DNA of 64,000 bases from an uncultured Sphingobacteriales bacterium (GTDB taxonomy: Bacteria > Bacteroidota > Bacteroidia > CAILMK01 > CAYYUA01). Shown here in pieces: positions 35,604-45,520 of the stretch. The notes beneath the pieces are model-generated. The model saw nothing but the letters and a program-made list of their open reading frames with translations. It did no database searches and had not been told where the DNA came from. Position 1 is the stretch's first letter. Every line of letters starts with the position of its first letter. The position numbers were made by a program, and so were the translations under genes. The stretch lies in assembly GCA_964474835.1 (NCBI GenBank), contig CAYYUA010000011.1, positions 1,439 to 65,438 of the forward strand. Direction: 5' to 3'.

Positions 35604-36614
35604 TTGAGCAGCTCTAATGACCGCCAGAAGCTTCGCTCCATGAGCTACGTGCTAGTGGTGACCGTTCTTCTGGGCGGATTGAAATTTCTGGCGTATTCCC
35701 TTACTGGCTCGGATGCCATCCTGACCGATGCCCTGGAGTCGCTGATCAACATGGTGGCTGGTGGCTTTGCGCTGTTCAGCCTGTACTATGCCAGCCGCCC
35801 GCAGGACGAGGATCACCCCTACGGTCACGGAAAGATCGAATTCCTGTCAGCTGGGTTTGAAGGTGGTCTGATCCTGATTGCCGGGCTAACGATGATCGGC
35901 AAGGCTATTTATGGCTTTTTTCATCCGCCTGAGCTGGAAGCCCTGCCTACCGGTATTGCCCTGACGGCCGTCAGCGGAGCTATCAATGGCGGCCTGGGTT
36001 ACTACCTTACCCGCGTTGGCAAGGCCCAATCCTCGCCCACGATGACAGCCGATGGGCAGCATCTGCTGACCGATACCTATTCCAGCGCGGCCTTGGTGGC
36101 GGGGCTGTTACTGATTCAGTTATCCGGCATCCAGCTGTTCGATCAGGTGCTTACCCTGCTGTTCGGGGGGTTTATCCTTTTTACGGGTTACCGCCTGATC
36201 CGGGGCTCAGTGGCCGGTCTGCTGGATGAGGCTGATTACGAAACCCTGGGCCAGATCATCGACATCCTGAACCAGAACAGGCGCGATAAGTGGATCGATA
36301 TTCACAACCTGCGGGTGCAGAAGTATGGCAGTTTCCTCCACATCGATGCCCACCTGACGCTTCCCTGGTACGACAACTTACAGGAGGTACACGATGAAGT
36401 AGAGGCGCTTGAGGAGCTGGTTCGCGAACGGATGGATAACCGGGTAGAGCTGTTTATCCATGCTGATCCCTGTCAGCCTTCCTCTTGTCCGATCTGCACA
36501 GTGCAGGATTGCCCGGTGCGCCAGCACCCGTTTGAAGAACGCGTACCGTGGAAGCTGGTCAACCTGCTGCCGAACAGGCAGCATTACTTCCCGGAGATCC
36601 GCGAGCAGGAATAA
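35604..36614 (+). CDS. Cation diffusion facilitator (CDF) family metal efflux transporter with Cys-rich C-terminal tail
   Basis: Six TM helices, HxxxD-type metal site (HLLTD), cytoplasmic CTD, then CQPSSCPICTVQDCP. Confidence 0.8.
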   Translation: MSSSNDRQKLRSMSYVLVVTVLLGGLKFLAYSLTGSDAILTDALESLINMVAGGFALFSLYYASRPQDEDHPYGHGKIEFLSAGFEGGLILIAGLTMIGKAIYGFFHPPELEALPTGIALTAVSGAINGGLGYYLTRVGKAQSSPTMTADGQHLLTDTYSSAALVAGLLLIQLSGIQLFDQVLTLLFGGFILFTGYRLIRGSVAGLLDEADYETLGQIIDILNQNRRDKWIDIHNLRVQKYGSFLHIDAHLTLPWYDNLQEVHDEVEALEELVRERMDNRVELFIHADPCQPSSCPICTVQDCPVRQHPFEERVPWKLVNLLPNRQHYFPEIREQE

Positions 36615-36619
36615 CCGGC

Positions 36620-37444
36620 TCACTCATGATAGGCCAGCATGGGAACGCTACTGTGAAAACCCATTTTGGTGGTCACACTTCTGTGGAACAGCGATTCCAG
36701 CAGACTGCGCTTCCGCTTAACCAAAGCCAGCCCATCTACCTGGTGCGTTTGGGTGTAGTGCTCAATCCCTGAGGCCACCTCATCAGCTTCCAGCACTTCG
36801 AAGGTGATATTGTTGTAGTTGATCTCCTGCTGAATGATATGCTTAAAAGAGGCGGATTGCTGCTGTTCCACATAATGAGTATTGCTGTTCACGTGCACAA
36901 CACAAACAGTAGCCCCAAAGGCTGCTGCCATAGTGGTCAGGTGCCTGAGGGCCGGCAGGTCAGAGGCATCATAGTTGGTGGCAAATACCCAGTTTTTTAC
37001 TGGGCTGAATTGATACCCCTCTGGGATAGCCAGGACGGGTAGCGAGGCGCGATCCACCACGCTGCTGGTAATGCTTCCTAAGATAATATCCGTAATCCCA
37101 TTGACCCCTTGCGTGCCCATGATGATCATATCTGCCTGCTCAGCCTCAGCCTGACTAAGGATGGTTTCCACGGCAAAGCCCAGCTTACCTACCAGCCGGT
37201 ACGAAAGGCCTTTGGGTTGCAAAACCGCATCAGCCACGCTCTTAAGGGATTGCTCGGTTTCCTGTTGCGCGTCATCAATGGCACTCTGGTACATACCAGC
37301 TGGCATCTCCGCATGCACATAGGGAATATGGTAAGCGTGTAGCAGCACAACCTCGGCATCCAGCTCGCGGGCTAGCCCAGCCGCATACTGCAGGGCATTC
37401 CGGGCATTGTCAGAGAAATCCGTGGGTACCAGCAGGCGTTGCAT
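36620..37444 (-). CDS. Tandem universal stress protein (UspA) domain protein
   Basis: Two Usp domains (LVPTDFS...VLLHAY ; ATNYDAS...VCVVHV) with G-x2-G-x9-GS(T) ATP motifs. Confidence 0.8.
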   Translation of the reverse strand: MQRLLVPTDFSDNARNALQYAAGLARELDAEVVLLHAYHIPYVHAEMPAGMYQSAIDDAQQETEQSLKSVADAVLQPKGLSYRLVGKLGFAVETILSQAEAEQADMIIMGTQGVNGITDIILGSITSSVVDRASLPVLAIPEGYQFSPVKNWVFATNYDASDLPALRHLTTMAAAFGATVCVVHVNSNTHYVEQQQSASFKHIIQQEINYNNITFEVLEADEVASGIEHYTQTHQVDGLALVKRKRSLLESLFHRSVTTKMGFHSSVPMLAYHE

Positions 37445-37496
37445 AAGCGGGGTTTTGGTACAAAAATCCGAATTTTCTGAAGAGGAGGGAGCGCTA

Positions 37497-38546
37497 TCAG
37501 GCGGGCTTGCTCAGGCTAAAGCGGAAGGTTGTACCGACTCCGGGCTCGCTCTCCACACTAATCGACTGCCCGTGGGCCTCGAGGATATGCTTCACAATAG
37601 AAAGGCCGAGACCGGTCCCGCCCTGCTCGCGGGAGCGGCTTTTATCCACCCGGTAAAATCGCTCGAAGAGGCGGTTCAGGTGATCCGGCTCTATGCCAAT
37701 GCCATCATCAGATACGGCAATTTCCAGGTGGTCTTCCTGATCGTAAAAGGTTATCGTACAGGTACCATGGTCAGAACCGTACTTAATGGCGTTGGTCAGC
37801 AGGTTGGTGAGCACCTGCCGTATGCGGCCAATGTCGCCTTTGGCCAGCCAGGGCCGGCTATTTGAGGCTTCCAGGCAAAGCTGAATGTGGCGCTCCCGGG
37901 CGGCCATTTCCAGCGACTCGATCACATCACTGGCCAGGCGCTTCAGGTCAAAGCGCTCAAAAGAGAGCCTGAGCTCGCCAGACTCCAGCTGAGAGATGGC
38001 TTCCAGGTCCTCAACAATCGCTGAAAGGCGCTCGATGTTCTTTCCGGCCTTTTCCAGGTATTTCCGGTTAATGCCAGGATCTTCAATACCCCCGTCCAGC
38101 AGGGTGTGGATATACCCCTGTACGTTGAAGATCGGGGTTTTCAGCTCGTGCGATACATTACCCACAAATTCCCGCCTGTAGTTTTCAGCCTTGCGCAGAT
38201 CCTGAATGGTCCGCTGGTTTTCCCGGCCCCAGTTCACCAGTTCCAGGTTCAACTGGTAAAGGATATCCTTCCCCCAGTCGAATTTCCGCGGTTCAGGGGG
38301 CTCTTCCTTACTCCGGCTCAGGGTTTTCAGAATCCGGCTCATATGGCGGTTCAGGTACTGCCCAAAGGAGAACTGAAGCCCCAAAAAGGAGAGCCCGGTT
38401 ATGATCGTGCCGGAGGTTAGCAGCAGCACCCAATTGATCCCGGCCGTTGGAAACAGGAGGCTTAGCAGGGCCAGGAGCAGGGCTGTTCCTGCCCCGGTGC
38501 CGAGGCTTACAAGAAGGGCCAGTTTTTTGGGTGCTATGCGTCTCAT
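37497..38546 (-). CDS. Sensor histidine kinase, PhoR-like (two closely spaced TM helices, HisKA + HATPase_c)
   Basis: H-box VSHELKTP, N/G1/G2 boxes (LLTNAIKY, DDGIGI, GGTGLGLSIV), negligible periplasmic loop. Confidence 0.8.
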   Translation of the reverse strand: MRRIAPKKLALLVSLGTGAGTALLLALLSLLFPTAGINWVLLLTSGTIITGLSFLGLQFSFGQYLNRHMSRILKTLSRSKEEPPEPRKFDWGKDILYQLNLELVNWGRENQRTIQDLRKAENYRREFVGNVSHELKTPIFNVQGYIHTLLDGGIEDPGINRKYLEKAGKNIERLSAIVEDLEAISQLESGELRLSFERFDLKRLASDVIESLEMAARERHIQLCLEASNSRPWLAKGDIGRIRQVLTNLLTNAIKYGSDHGTCTITFYDQEDHLEIAVSDDGIGIEPDHLNRLFERFYRVDKSRSREQGGTGLGLSIVKHILEAHGQSISVESEPGVGTTFRFSLSKPA

Positions 38547-38586
38547 GAGGCGGCTCCTCTAGCAGGTGCAAGGTAGTAATATTCGC

Positions 38587-39273
38587 TCAGGCCTGCTGCT
38601 CAAGTTTATAGCCTACCCCTTTGATGGTCTTAATGTAATGGTCCCCGATTTTCTCCCTGAGTTTGCGCACATGTACATCAATGGTGCGGTCTCCCACAAT
38701 GATGTCGTTTTCCCATACCATTTCCAGGATCTCCTCGCGGCTAAAGACCTTTCCGGGCTTCCGGGCCAGCAGCAGGAGGATCTCAAACTCCTTGCGCGGC
38801 AGGGTGATCTGCTCCCCGCTCTTGTACAGTAAGTACTGTTCTTTGTTGATCACCAGGTCCTGAAAGGTAACCTCCGGGTTGACCTCCTCGGTAGGAAGGC
38901 GCCTGAGCAGGCCTTTTACGCGGCTGGTCAGCACGCGGGGCTTAATGGGTTTTTTGATGTAATCATCAGCGCCCACATCAAAACCTGCAATCTGGGAGTA
39001 GTCCTCATTACGGGCCGTGAGAAAGGCGATCAGCACCTGCTCAAACTCGGGAATAGAGCGGATCTGACGGCAGGTTTCGATGCCATCCATATCCGGCATC
39101 ATGATATCCAGAATGATGAGGTGCGGCGTGTGGGCTTTGGCTTGCTCAATAGCCGCTTTGCCGTTTTCAGCCGTAATGGCCGTGTACCCTTCCTTTTCCA
39201 GGTTGTACTGCAGGATCTCGATAATATCCGGCTCATCGTCTACGATCAGGATCCGGATGTCCTTATTTTCCAT
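38587..39273 (-). CDS. OmpR/PhoB-family response regulator
   Basis: Start trimmed to MENKDIRILIVDDE. REC domain plus winged-helix trans_reg_C (FQDLVINKEQYLLYKSGEQITLPRKEFEILLLL). Confidence 0.85.
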   Translation of the reverse strand: MENKDIRILIVDDEPDIIEILQYNLEKEGYTAITAENGKAAIEQAKAHTPHLIILDIMMPDMDGIETCRQIRSIPEFEQVLIAFLTARNEDYSQIAGFDVGADDYIKKPIKPRVLTSRVKGLLRRLPTEEVNPEVTFQDLVINKEQYLLYKSGEQITLPRKEFEILLLLARKPGKVFSREEILEMVWENDIIVGDRTIDVHVRKLREKIGDHYIKTIKGVGYKLEQQA

Positions 39274-39353
39274 AGGGATAGGGCCTTGTTGCTGTTGCGC
39301 TGCACTTGAGTAAGTTACCATAAAAAGCGGAAATTTTTGTCCAGCTGTGCGGA

Positions 39354-42269
39354 TCAGAAGTTAACACCAAAACTCAGGCTGAAAGAGCGGCCCGGACTTA
39401 ACCTGCTAAAAGGGCGATCCTGAGCGCGGTAGGCCTCAAAGAACTTTTCGCGGTCATCATTCAGCAGGTTTTCAGCTTCAAAGCTCAGGGAGTAGCGATC
39501 TTCTTCGCCAAAACTGTAAGTTGCGTTCAGCTTCAGGTTGTGGAAGGGTTCCTGGTAAACATCCGGCAGATCGCCCACGCCTACAAAATACAGGGTCTTG
39601 CCCTTTACATTGTAGTAGGTGCCAACAGAAAGCCCCATTTCCGGATTCTGATAAGCAAATCCGCCATTCACCACATAGGGCGCCTGCCGGGTCATGGGGC
39701 GGGTTTCATCCAGCTCCTTGCCTTCGCGCAGGCTCTGCTGCCGGGTACGCAGCTCATTCGAGGCGATGTCGATCTGCGATTCGGTATAGGTAAAGTTGGC
39801 GTTAAAAGCGAGGTTTTTCAGGGTCTGGTGGATGCGGCTAAGGCTCTGCCGAACCTCTACCTCAACACCAGCCAGCTGCCCATTCCCCACGTTCCGGGGC
39901 TGCAGGTTACTCTTCCCTTCTATTAGCTGGACGATTTCTATCGGATTATCAAAGGTTTTAGAGAACACACTTACCGAAACCATCTGGTTGCGCTGCTGGA
40001 ACCACTCCCAGCGCAGGTCAAAGTTGTTGACGCGGGTGGCTGACAGGTTTCCGTCCCATGTTACTTCATTGTTGACCTCATACCGTTCCTGCCCGCCAAT
40101 GAACACTCTTCCGGAGATCGGATCGAAAATGGTAACCCGGGAGAGCTCTTTGAAGGAGGGGCGGGCAATGGTGCGGGAGTAGGAAAGCCGAAGGTTCTGG
40201 TTGTCATTCACCGCATAGGTAAAATTGAGAGAGGGGAACAGGTCCAGGTCATCCAGCACCTGCTCATTATCCGTCACATAATCGGAGTACTCCTGCTGGT
40301 ACTGCTCCATCCGGACGCCCGCCAGCATCGTCAGGTCCGGCAGCGGCTTAGCCTCAGCACTCAGGTAGGCAGCTGGCTTGCTGACGGTGGCTGAATACTT
40401 ATTGCGGTTGTTGCGGTTACCGTCTGCGTCCACAAATGCCGGGCTGTAGTAAGTGCCGCCTTCTGAGCCGTCCGTCCACAGGTTGGAATCAGCCAGGATC
40501 TGATCCGGGTCCGGTCCCTGAATGTCTGTTTTATTCGGGTTGATATTGAAATCCTTAATGCTGTAGCTGCGCTCCTTGTAGGTATAGGCAAGGCCGCTTT
40601 TGATATCAGCTTCACGGCCGAATAGCTCTGTATTGTACGTCAGGTCTACTTTGCCAAAGTAGTTGGTTTCTTCCATATCGCGCCAGATGCGCCTTGGGAT
40701 ACCAGCTTCACTACCCACTGAGTACGAGGGCCTTTGCTCAGAACCAATATCCTGTCTTCGCAGCCGGGTGTACCGCACATCGGGGTCCTCCATTTTCGAG
40801 AAAGTAGGCGATACCTCCCAGTCCAGCTCCCAATCTCCTCCGCTCAGGTAATGATCCCCGCTCAGCAGGACGTTGGTCAGGGAGCGCTGACTGAAGGTCA
40901 GGTTGTGCTGCTCGGCCTGGTAGACGGAGCCCTCGTTCTGGTTCTTGACATCGTAGAAACCTGCCTTCTTGATGCCCTTCTGAAGACGGAGGATATTGAA
41001 CTTGTACTTGGAATGCTTAGACTTCAAGGACAGGCCGCCTAAGCCGCCCAGCAGCGTATTTTTTTTACTGTATTCGCCTTTCCGCGATTCTCTTAGTTCG
41101 AGCTCGTAGATAGAAGGGTCATCGGGCTTGCCATAGGTATTGAATTCAGCTGATTGGTAAAAGTCCCGCTTGTTTTTATAGGTCAGGGCAAAATTGTAAG
41201 CGGCATTGTAAGGGCCCAGATCAAACTGATCGCCACCGGAAAAGCTGAAGTCATAATCCATGAAATTCTGCTGGCGCTCGGCACCAAGGTTCTCGTTAAA
41301 GTTGCCCAGGATATCGGTGTATTGCTGCCTTGCGCTCTCATCAAATAAAGCGGTGGAACGAAAGGGAATGCGGTTAACGCCTTTGGTCGGGACCTCCCGC
41401 GTACCGTCATCAAAGCCCAGGAAATCGGTACTGCCGCCCTGATAGGTCAGGAAATCGTCCTTCAGGTGCATAGAGGGAGTATAGCCAATCCCGGCTGAAA
41501 TGCTGTAGGACTGCTCGGCAGGGAAGGCTTTGGTTTCAATGTTAACAAGGCCGCCGGCAAAATTAGCAGGTTGCTCAGGCGTGAAAGTTTTCGACACCAC
41601 AATGCTCGACAGCACATTGGTGGGAAACAGGTCCATCTGGATGGAATTCCGGTTCGGATCCAGACTGGGAACGGCCACCTCGCCCAGGGTGGTTTGCGTG
41701 TAGCGCCCTCCAAGGCCCCTGACGAATACGTACTTGCCACCTTGTACGCTAACACCAGTGACCCGCTTCATGGCAGAGGCGGCATCGCCATCCCCGGTTT
41801 TGGCAAATTTTTCAGCGGATATGCCATCGATCAGCTCGGCGGATTGCTGCTTCATCGAGAGCATGGCCTTCTCGCTGTTCTTCACACGGTCCGCGCTGAT
41901 CACTACGCCCTCCAGGTTGTTAGAGTCGCTGCTCATCTGAACATTACCCAGGTAGTTGACTTCACCGGCCTCAATAGTAATACCCTGGATGGTTTTGTTC
42001 TGGTAAGCTACGTAGGAGACACGCAGGGTGTAGGTACCGGGCTTCAGCCGTAGCTCAAAGCGGCCTTCCACATCGGTAGCCACCCCATCGCTGGTTTCTT
42101 TCACATAAACATTAGCGCCCACTACAGGCTCGCCCTGCTGGTTCAGGACTGTGCCGCGCAGGGTCCCCGGTTTGTTTTCCTGAGCAAATACACCAAGGGA
42201 ATTTGAGAGTAGTACAAGCAGAATGGGCAGAAACAGCAAGCTACCACGCATAGGATTGGTTCTCTTCAT
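39354..42269 (-). CDS. TonB-dependent outer-membrane receptor with N-terminal CarboxypepD_reg domain
   Basis: Signal peptide, CarboxypepD_reg (GTVLNQQGEPVVGANVYV), plug, 22-strand barrel with C-terminal aromatic (GVNF). Confidence 0.85.
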   Translation of the reverse strand: MKRTNPMRGSLLFLPILLVLLSNSLGVFAQENKPGTLRGTVLNQQGEPVVGANVYVKETSDGVATDVEGRFELRLKPGTYTLRVSYVAYQNKTIQGITIEAGEVNYLGNVQMSSDSNNLEGVVISADRVKNSEKAMLSMKQQSAELIDGISAEKFAKTGDGDAASAMKRVTGVSVQGGKYVFVRGLGGRYTQTTLGEVAVPSLDPNRNSIQMDLFPTNVLSSIVVSKTFTPEQPANFAGGLVNIETKAFPAEQSYSISAGIGYTPSMHLKDDFLTYQGGSTDFLGFDDGTREVPTKGVNRIPFRSTALFDESARQQYTDILGNFNENLGAERQQNFMDYDFSFSGGDQFDLGPYNAAYNFALTYKNKRDFYQSAEFNTYGKPDDPSIYELELRESRKGEYSKKNTLLGGLGGLSLKSKHSKYKFNILRLQKGIKKAGFYDVKNQNEGSVYQAEQHNLTFSQRSLTNVLLSGDHYLSGGDWELDWEVSPTFSKMEDPDVRYTRLRRQDIGSEQRPSYSVGSEAGIPRRIWRDMEETNYFGKVDLTYNTELFGREADIKSGLAYTYKERSYSIKDFNINPNKTDIQGPDPDQILADSNLWTDGSEGGTYYSPAFVDADGNRNNRNKYSATVSKPAAYLSAEAKPLPDLTMLAGVRMEQYQQEYSDYVTDNEQVLDDLDLFPSLNFTYAVNDNQNLRLSYSRTIARPSFKELSRVTIFDPISGRVFIGGQERYEVNNEVTWDGNLSATRVNNFDLRWEWFQQRNQMVSVSVFSKTFDNPIEIVQLIEGKSNLQPRNVGNGQLAGVEVEVRQSLSRIHQTLKNLAFNANFTYTESQIDIASNELRTRQQSLREGKELDETRPMTRQAPYVVNGGFAYQNPEMGLSVGTYYNVKGKTLYFVGVGDLPDVYQEPFHNLKLNATYSFGEEDRYSLSFEAENLLNDDREKFFEAYRAQDRPFSRLSPGRSFSLSFGVNF

Positions 42270-42362
42270 TGATTTTTTTGACTACTAATTGTGAGGAAAC
42301 ACCAACAGCCCGAAGGAAGCTAAACCAACGGGCTGCGGCATTCGGGTATTCAGGGATTGTTC

Positions 42363-43619
42363 TTACAGATCGCTAAGCGCGCCAGCTTCGGCAGCCCAGG
42401 TCCACTGCAGGGGAGCCTTGTCAGCGCCAGCATCTTCCGGGCTGGATACGATAGAGGCATCAGGGGCTTGGTCGTCAAAGGCTGCCGTTGAACCCTCGTC
42501 CACAAGGAAAATCTCATCGATGGTAGTATTGCCGTCATCGATATGAGAGACATTAATCTCAATGTTACTCAGCTGCACATCACCGTCCAGGTAGTTCTGA
42601 GCGGTGGCTTCATCATTTAGCTCAAATGTGGCGTTAGCCGGGAAGTTGAAATAGTAAATGTTTTCCAGGGTGGCGCGGCAGTCATCTCGCAGATCGGCAT
42701 ACTGGTTATCAGTACCAGTAGCACCTTTGATCGTAGCATTCTTGAGGGTGTAAGCTCCGGATTTACTGCCTTCAGGCCCATCCAGCTCAAAGCCGTGATC
42801 AGAGTTAGCCCCTTCTACAGCAATGATGTTATCAAGTGTACCCTGGTAAGCCTGATCCATGTCGTAGGCATCGTCTTCCTGGTTCCAGACCACTGTATTG
42901 TTAAGGTTAACGGTGCCACCAAAGCACTCGATGCCATCATCCTGGTTAGCCACAACCTCAATGTGCTCAACGGTAGTACCTGTGCCAACACCGCCCAGCG
43001 TGAGGCCATTGATCTCATTGCCCTGGCCGATGTTTGTGCCACCGTGACGGATGGAAACATACTTAAGCGTACCAGAACTGTGACCCGGGTTTGAACCGCC
43101 GAAGAAAGAGGTGGGATCATCAGTCGGGATGCCTTCAACAGAGCGCTGACCGTCTTCATTGGTTTCAGCGGAGATCGGGGCTTTGCCCAGAACGATCACA
43201 CCGCCCCAGAGGCCACTTTGATTCGGATCAATGTTAGGGCTGGCTACCTCACCAGATGAAATGTTATCTGCCTTTGCTGTAAAGATGATGGGTTCTTCAG
43301 GCGTACCTACAGCGTTGATCTTGCCATCATCGGCAATAACCAGGGCCTTAGAATTGGCCTGTTGCCCTTCCTGACCTTTGATCACCGTTCCGGGCTCAAT
43401 AGTCAGGGTGGCCCCGTTGGTTACAGAAACGCGGGTTGCCAGCTCATAAGTGGTGTCGCTGGACCAGGTAACATCCTGGGTAATGTTTTCCGTAACCTGT
43501 ACATTGTCACCGTCAGCAGGAGGCGTGTTGCCATTGCCATTGCCGTTATCATCATCGTCATCGCAGGCGAAGAAGGTAACGGCTAATAGGGATAGAAGAA
43601 AAAGGTTTAACTTTCGCAT
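42363..43619 (-). CDS. Secreted lipoprotein with predicted right-handed beta-helix repeats
   Basis: Lipobox FFACDDDDDNGNGNGN. Repeated GG/GT-rich ~22-aa turns (GGTNIGQGNEINGLTLGGVGTGTT...) typical of parallel beta-helix. Immediately upstream of the TBDT on the same strand. Confidence 0.5.
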   Translation of the reverse strand: MRKLNLFLLSLLAVTFFACDDDDDNGNGNGNTPPADGDNVQVTENITQDVTWSSDTTYELATRVSVTNGATLTIEPGTVIKGQEGQQANSKALVIADDGKINAVGTPEEPIIFTAKADNISSGEVASPNIDPNQSGLWGGVIVLGKAPISAETNEDGQRSVEGIPTDDPTSFFGGSNPGHSSGTLKYVSIRHGGTNIGQGNEINGLTLGGVGTGTTVEHIEVVANQDDGIECFGGTVNLNNTVVWNQEDDAYDMDQAYQGTLDNIIAVEGANSDHGFELDGPEGSKSGAYTLKNATIKGATGTDNQYADLRDDCRATLENIYYFNFPANATFELNDEATAQNYLDGDVQLSNIEINVSHIDDGNTTIDEIFLVDEGSTAAFDDQAPDASIVSSPEDAGADKAPLQWTWAAEAGALSDL

Positions 43620-43882
43620 GACTTGGTTTTTTTCATGTTTTACACTTGCAAAAGAACCATCCCTATTTTAAGCCCATGTTAAGAGCCCTTTAAGCCTTCA
43701 TTAAAAGCTTCCGGGCCTGTACTAATCCCTTATTAACAACCATCGTAGTGGCCATTAGCAGCCAGAGGTCCCTGAACAGGACGTTTTGCTACAGGTTAGT
43801 TAAACAGGTCCTGAGCCTGAAAGAACCTTGTGCCTTACTTTACCTTTGGACCTTTTGGTTAATCCTGCTAAATAATGCCGCT

Positions 43883-45337
43883 ATGAACAGGTATAGCTGC
43901 TTGTTACTCTTCGGAATATCCCTGTCACTGATCCAGTGCCAGACTGCGCCTGATTACCAGGAAGTACCGCGCGTGATTGAGGGCAACGAAGCCATTGTTT
44001 CGGGGCAGATACAGCAACCCCAGCAGCAGGCCTCGCTAACCGTGCAGGTCCTGCGCAATAATGACCAGCAAACCCTTAGAGCAGATCAGCAGGGTAACTT
44101 TCAGGACACTTTTACCCTCAGGCATCCTTCCTTTGTACAGCTGGTTCACAGGGGGCAGTCCAGCTACGGCTTTATCAAGCCCGGCGACAGCCTTTACCTT
44201 ACATTCCAGAGCGGGGCTCTCGCCAGCACGCTGGAGTTTAGCGGTAACCGGAAGCGGCCCAATAACTACCTGGCCCGCAAGCAGCAATACGTGGATACGT
44301 TAGGCCCGCAGAGCCGGCGGGCCCAGAATCAGTGGTTTACACAGGAGCCTGAGGCCTTTAGCCAGAGCATTGATTCGCTTAAGAATTATTACCAGGCCTT
44401 TTACCGGGATTATTTCAGTGAGCAGCTCCCCTCTGAAGCGTTTCACCAGCTAGAGCAGGCTAACATTAACCACTACTTCTACCGCCAGAAAAAACTCTAC
44501 CCGGGCTACTACAGGCGCCTGAAGACCGGGCGGTATCCAGACGTGTCTGAGGCATTCAAGCAGTACCAGGACAAGGTGTCCTTTCAGAAGGCCAGGCTTT
44601 TCGGGATTCCGTCCTACCAGCGTTATGTACGGTCAATTGTGAACAGGCGTGCCCAGAAGCGGATGGAAGAGAAAAAAGAGAAGGCCCGGAGCGTGATCCT
44701 GAAGAATGTGGTGGAGGAAACGCTACCCAATGATACACTTCAGGCGCGGGTGCTGGGGCGTTTCCTGCTGCAATCGCTCAAGACCAACGGACCGACCAGC
44801 GTTCAGGGCGTGCTATCCTATTACCGGCAGCTGCCCCATTCCGAACCGATGATGGAGCGCCTGGATAGCTACCTGCAGCGCTGGAGCCGCATAGCTGAAG
44901 GGCAGCCAGCGCCCGGCTTTTCCTACCCCAGCTTCGGCGGGGATACGGTGAGCCTGGAATCCCTGAAGGGCAGCTATGTGTACATTGATGCCTGGGCAAC
45001 CTGGTGTAAGCCCTGTATCAAGGAGATCCCCTATCTTAAAACGCTACAGGATGCCTATGAGCGGGATGAGGTCCGCTTTGTCAGCATCTCTCTGGATGAT
45101 GCTGCTGACCGGGGTAAATGGCGGAGGTTAGTAGAAACCCGAGATCTTCAGGGCTTACAGTTATTTGCCGGTGGGGAGGCTTTTGATGCTGATTTTGCCC
45201 GCGACTACCTGATCAATTCCATTCCCCGCTTTATCCTGATCGGACCGAACGGGCGCGTTGTAGATCCCAAAGCTCAACGACCTTCCGGCAATATCCAGGT
45301 AAGGCTGGACAAACTGCTTTCAAAAGGCGCTGGTTAG
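43883..45337 (+). CDS. TlpA/ResA-like thiol-disulfide oxidoreductase with large N-terminal domain
   Basis: Start trimmed to MNRYSCLLLFGISLSLIQC (signal/lipobox). C-terminal thioredoxin fold with WATWCKPC. Confidence 0.75.
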   Translation: MNRYSCLLLFGISLSLIQCQTAPDYQEVPRVIEGNEAIVSGQIQQPQQQASLTVQVLRNNDQQTLRADQQGNFQDTFTLRHPSFVQLVHRGQSSYGFIKPGDSLYLTFQSGALASTLEFSGNRKRPNNYLARKQQYVDTLGPQSRRAQNQWFTQEPEAFSQSIDSLKNYYQAFYRDYFSEQLPSEAFHQLEQANINHYFYRQKKLYPGYYRRLKTGRYPDVSEAFKQYQDKVSFQKARLFGIPSYQRYVRSIVNRRAQKRMEEKKEKARSVILKNVVEETLPNDTLQARVLGRFLLQSLKTNGPTSVQGVLSYYRQLPHSEPMMERLDSYLQRWSRIAEGQPAPGFSYPSFGGDTVSLESLKGSYVYIDAWATWCKPCIKEIPYLKTLQDAYERDEVRFVSISLDDAADRGKWRRLVETRDLQGLQLFAGGEAFDADFARDYLINSIPRFILIGPNGRVVDPKAQRPSGNIQVRLDKLLSKGAG

Positions 45338-45426
45338 TAGCAGCAATACAAGCTTCTGAGCTGCTGTGAATGACCATTTAACACTGGCTTAACGTCTTCT
45401 GCATCTGCTTGGGTTACTTTTGCATG

Positions 45427-45484
45427 CCTGATTCAGCATCCTGAATCAGGACAGCTGAGCATACGGCAGATTTGCTGTGCTCAG
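45427..45484. promoter_or_regulatory. Two inverted repeats in the pstS upstream region (perfect 10-4-10 palindrome plus 7-bp IR)
   Basis: CCTGATTCAGcatcCTGAATCAGG (45427-45450) and GCTGAGCA-N16-TGCTCAG (45454-45484), 40-95 nt upstream of pstS. Confidence 0.4.
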
Positions 45485-45520
45485 ATCCGGCGTAATTTGC
45501 TACACCAAAACTTTCGCCTA

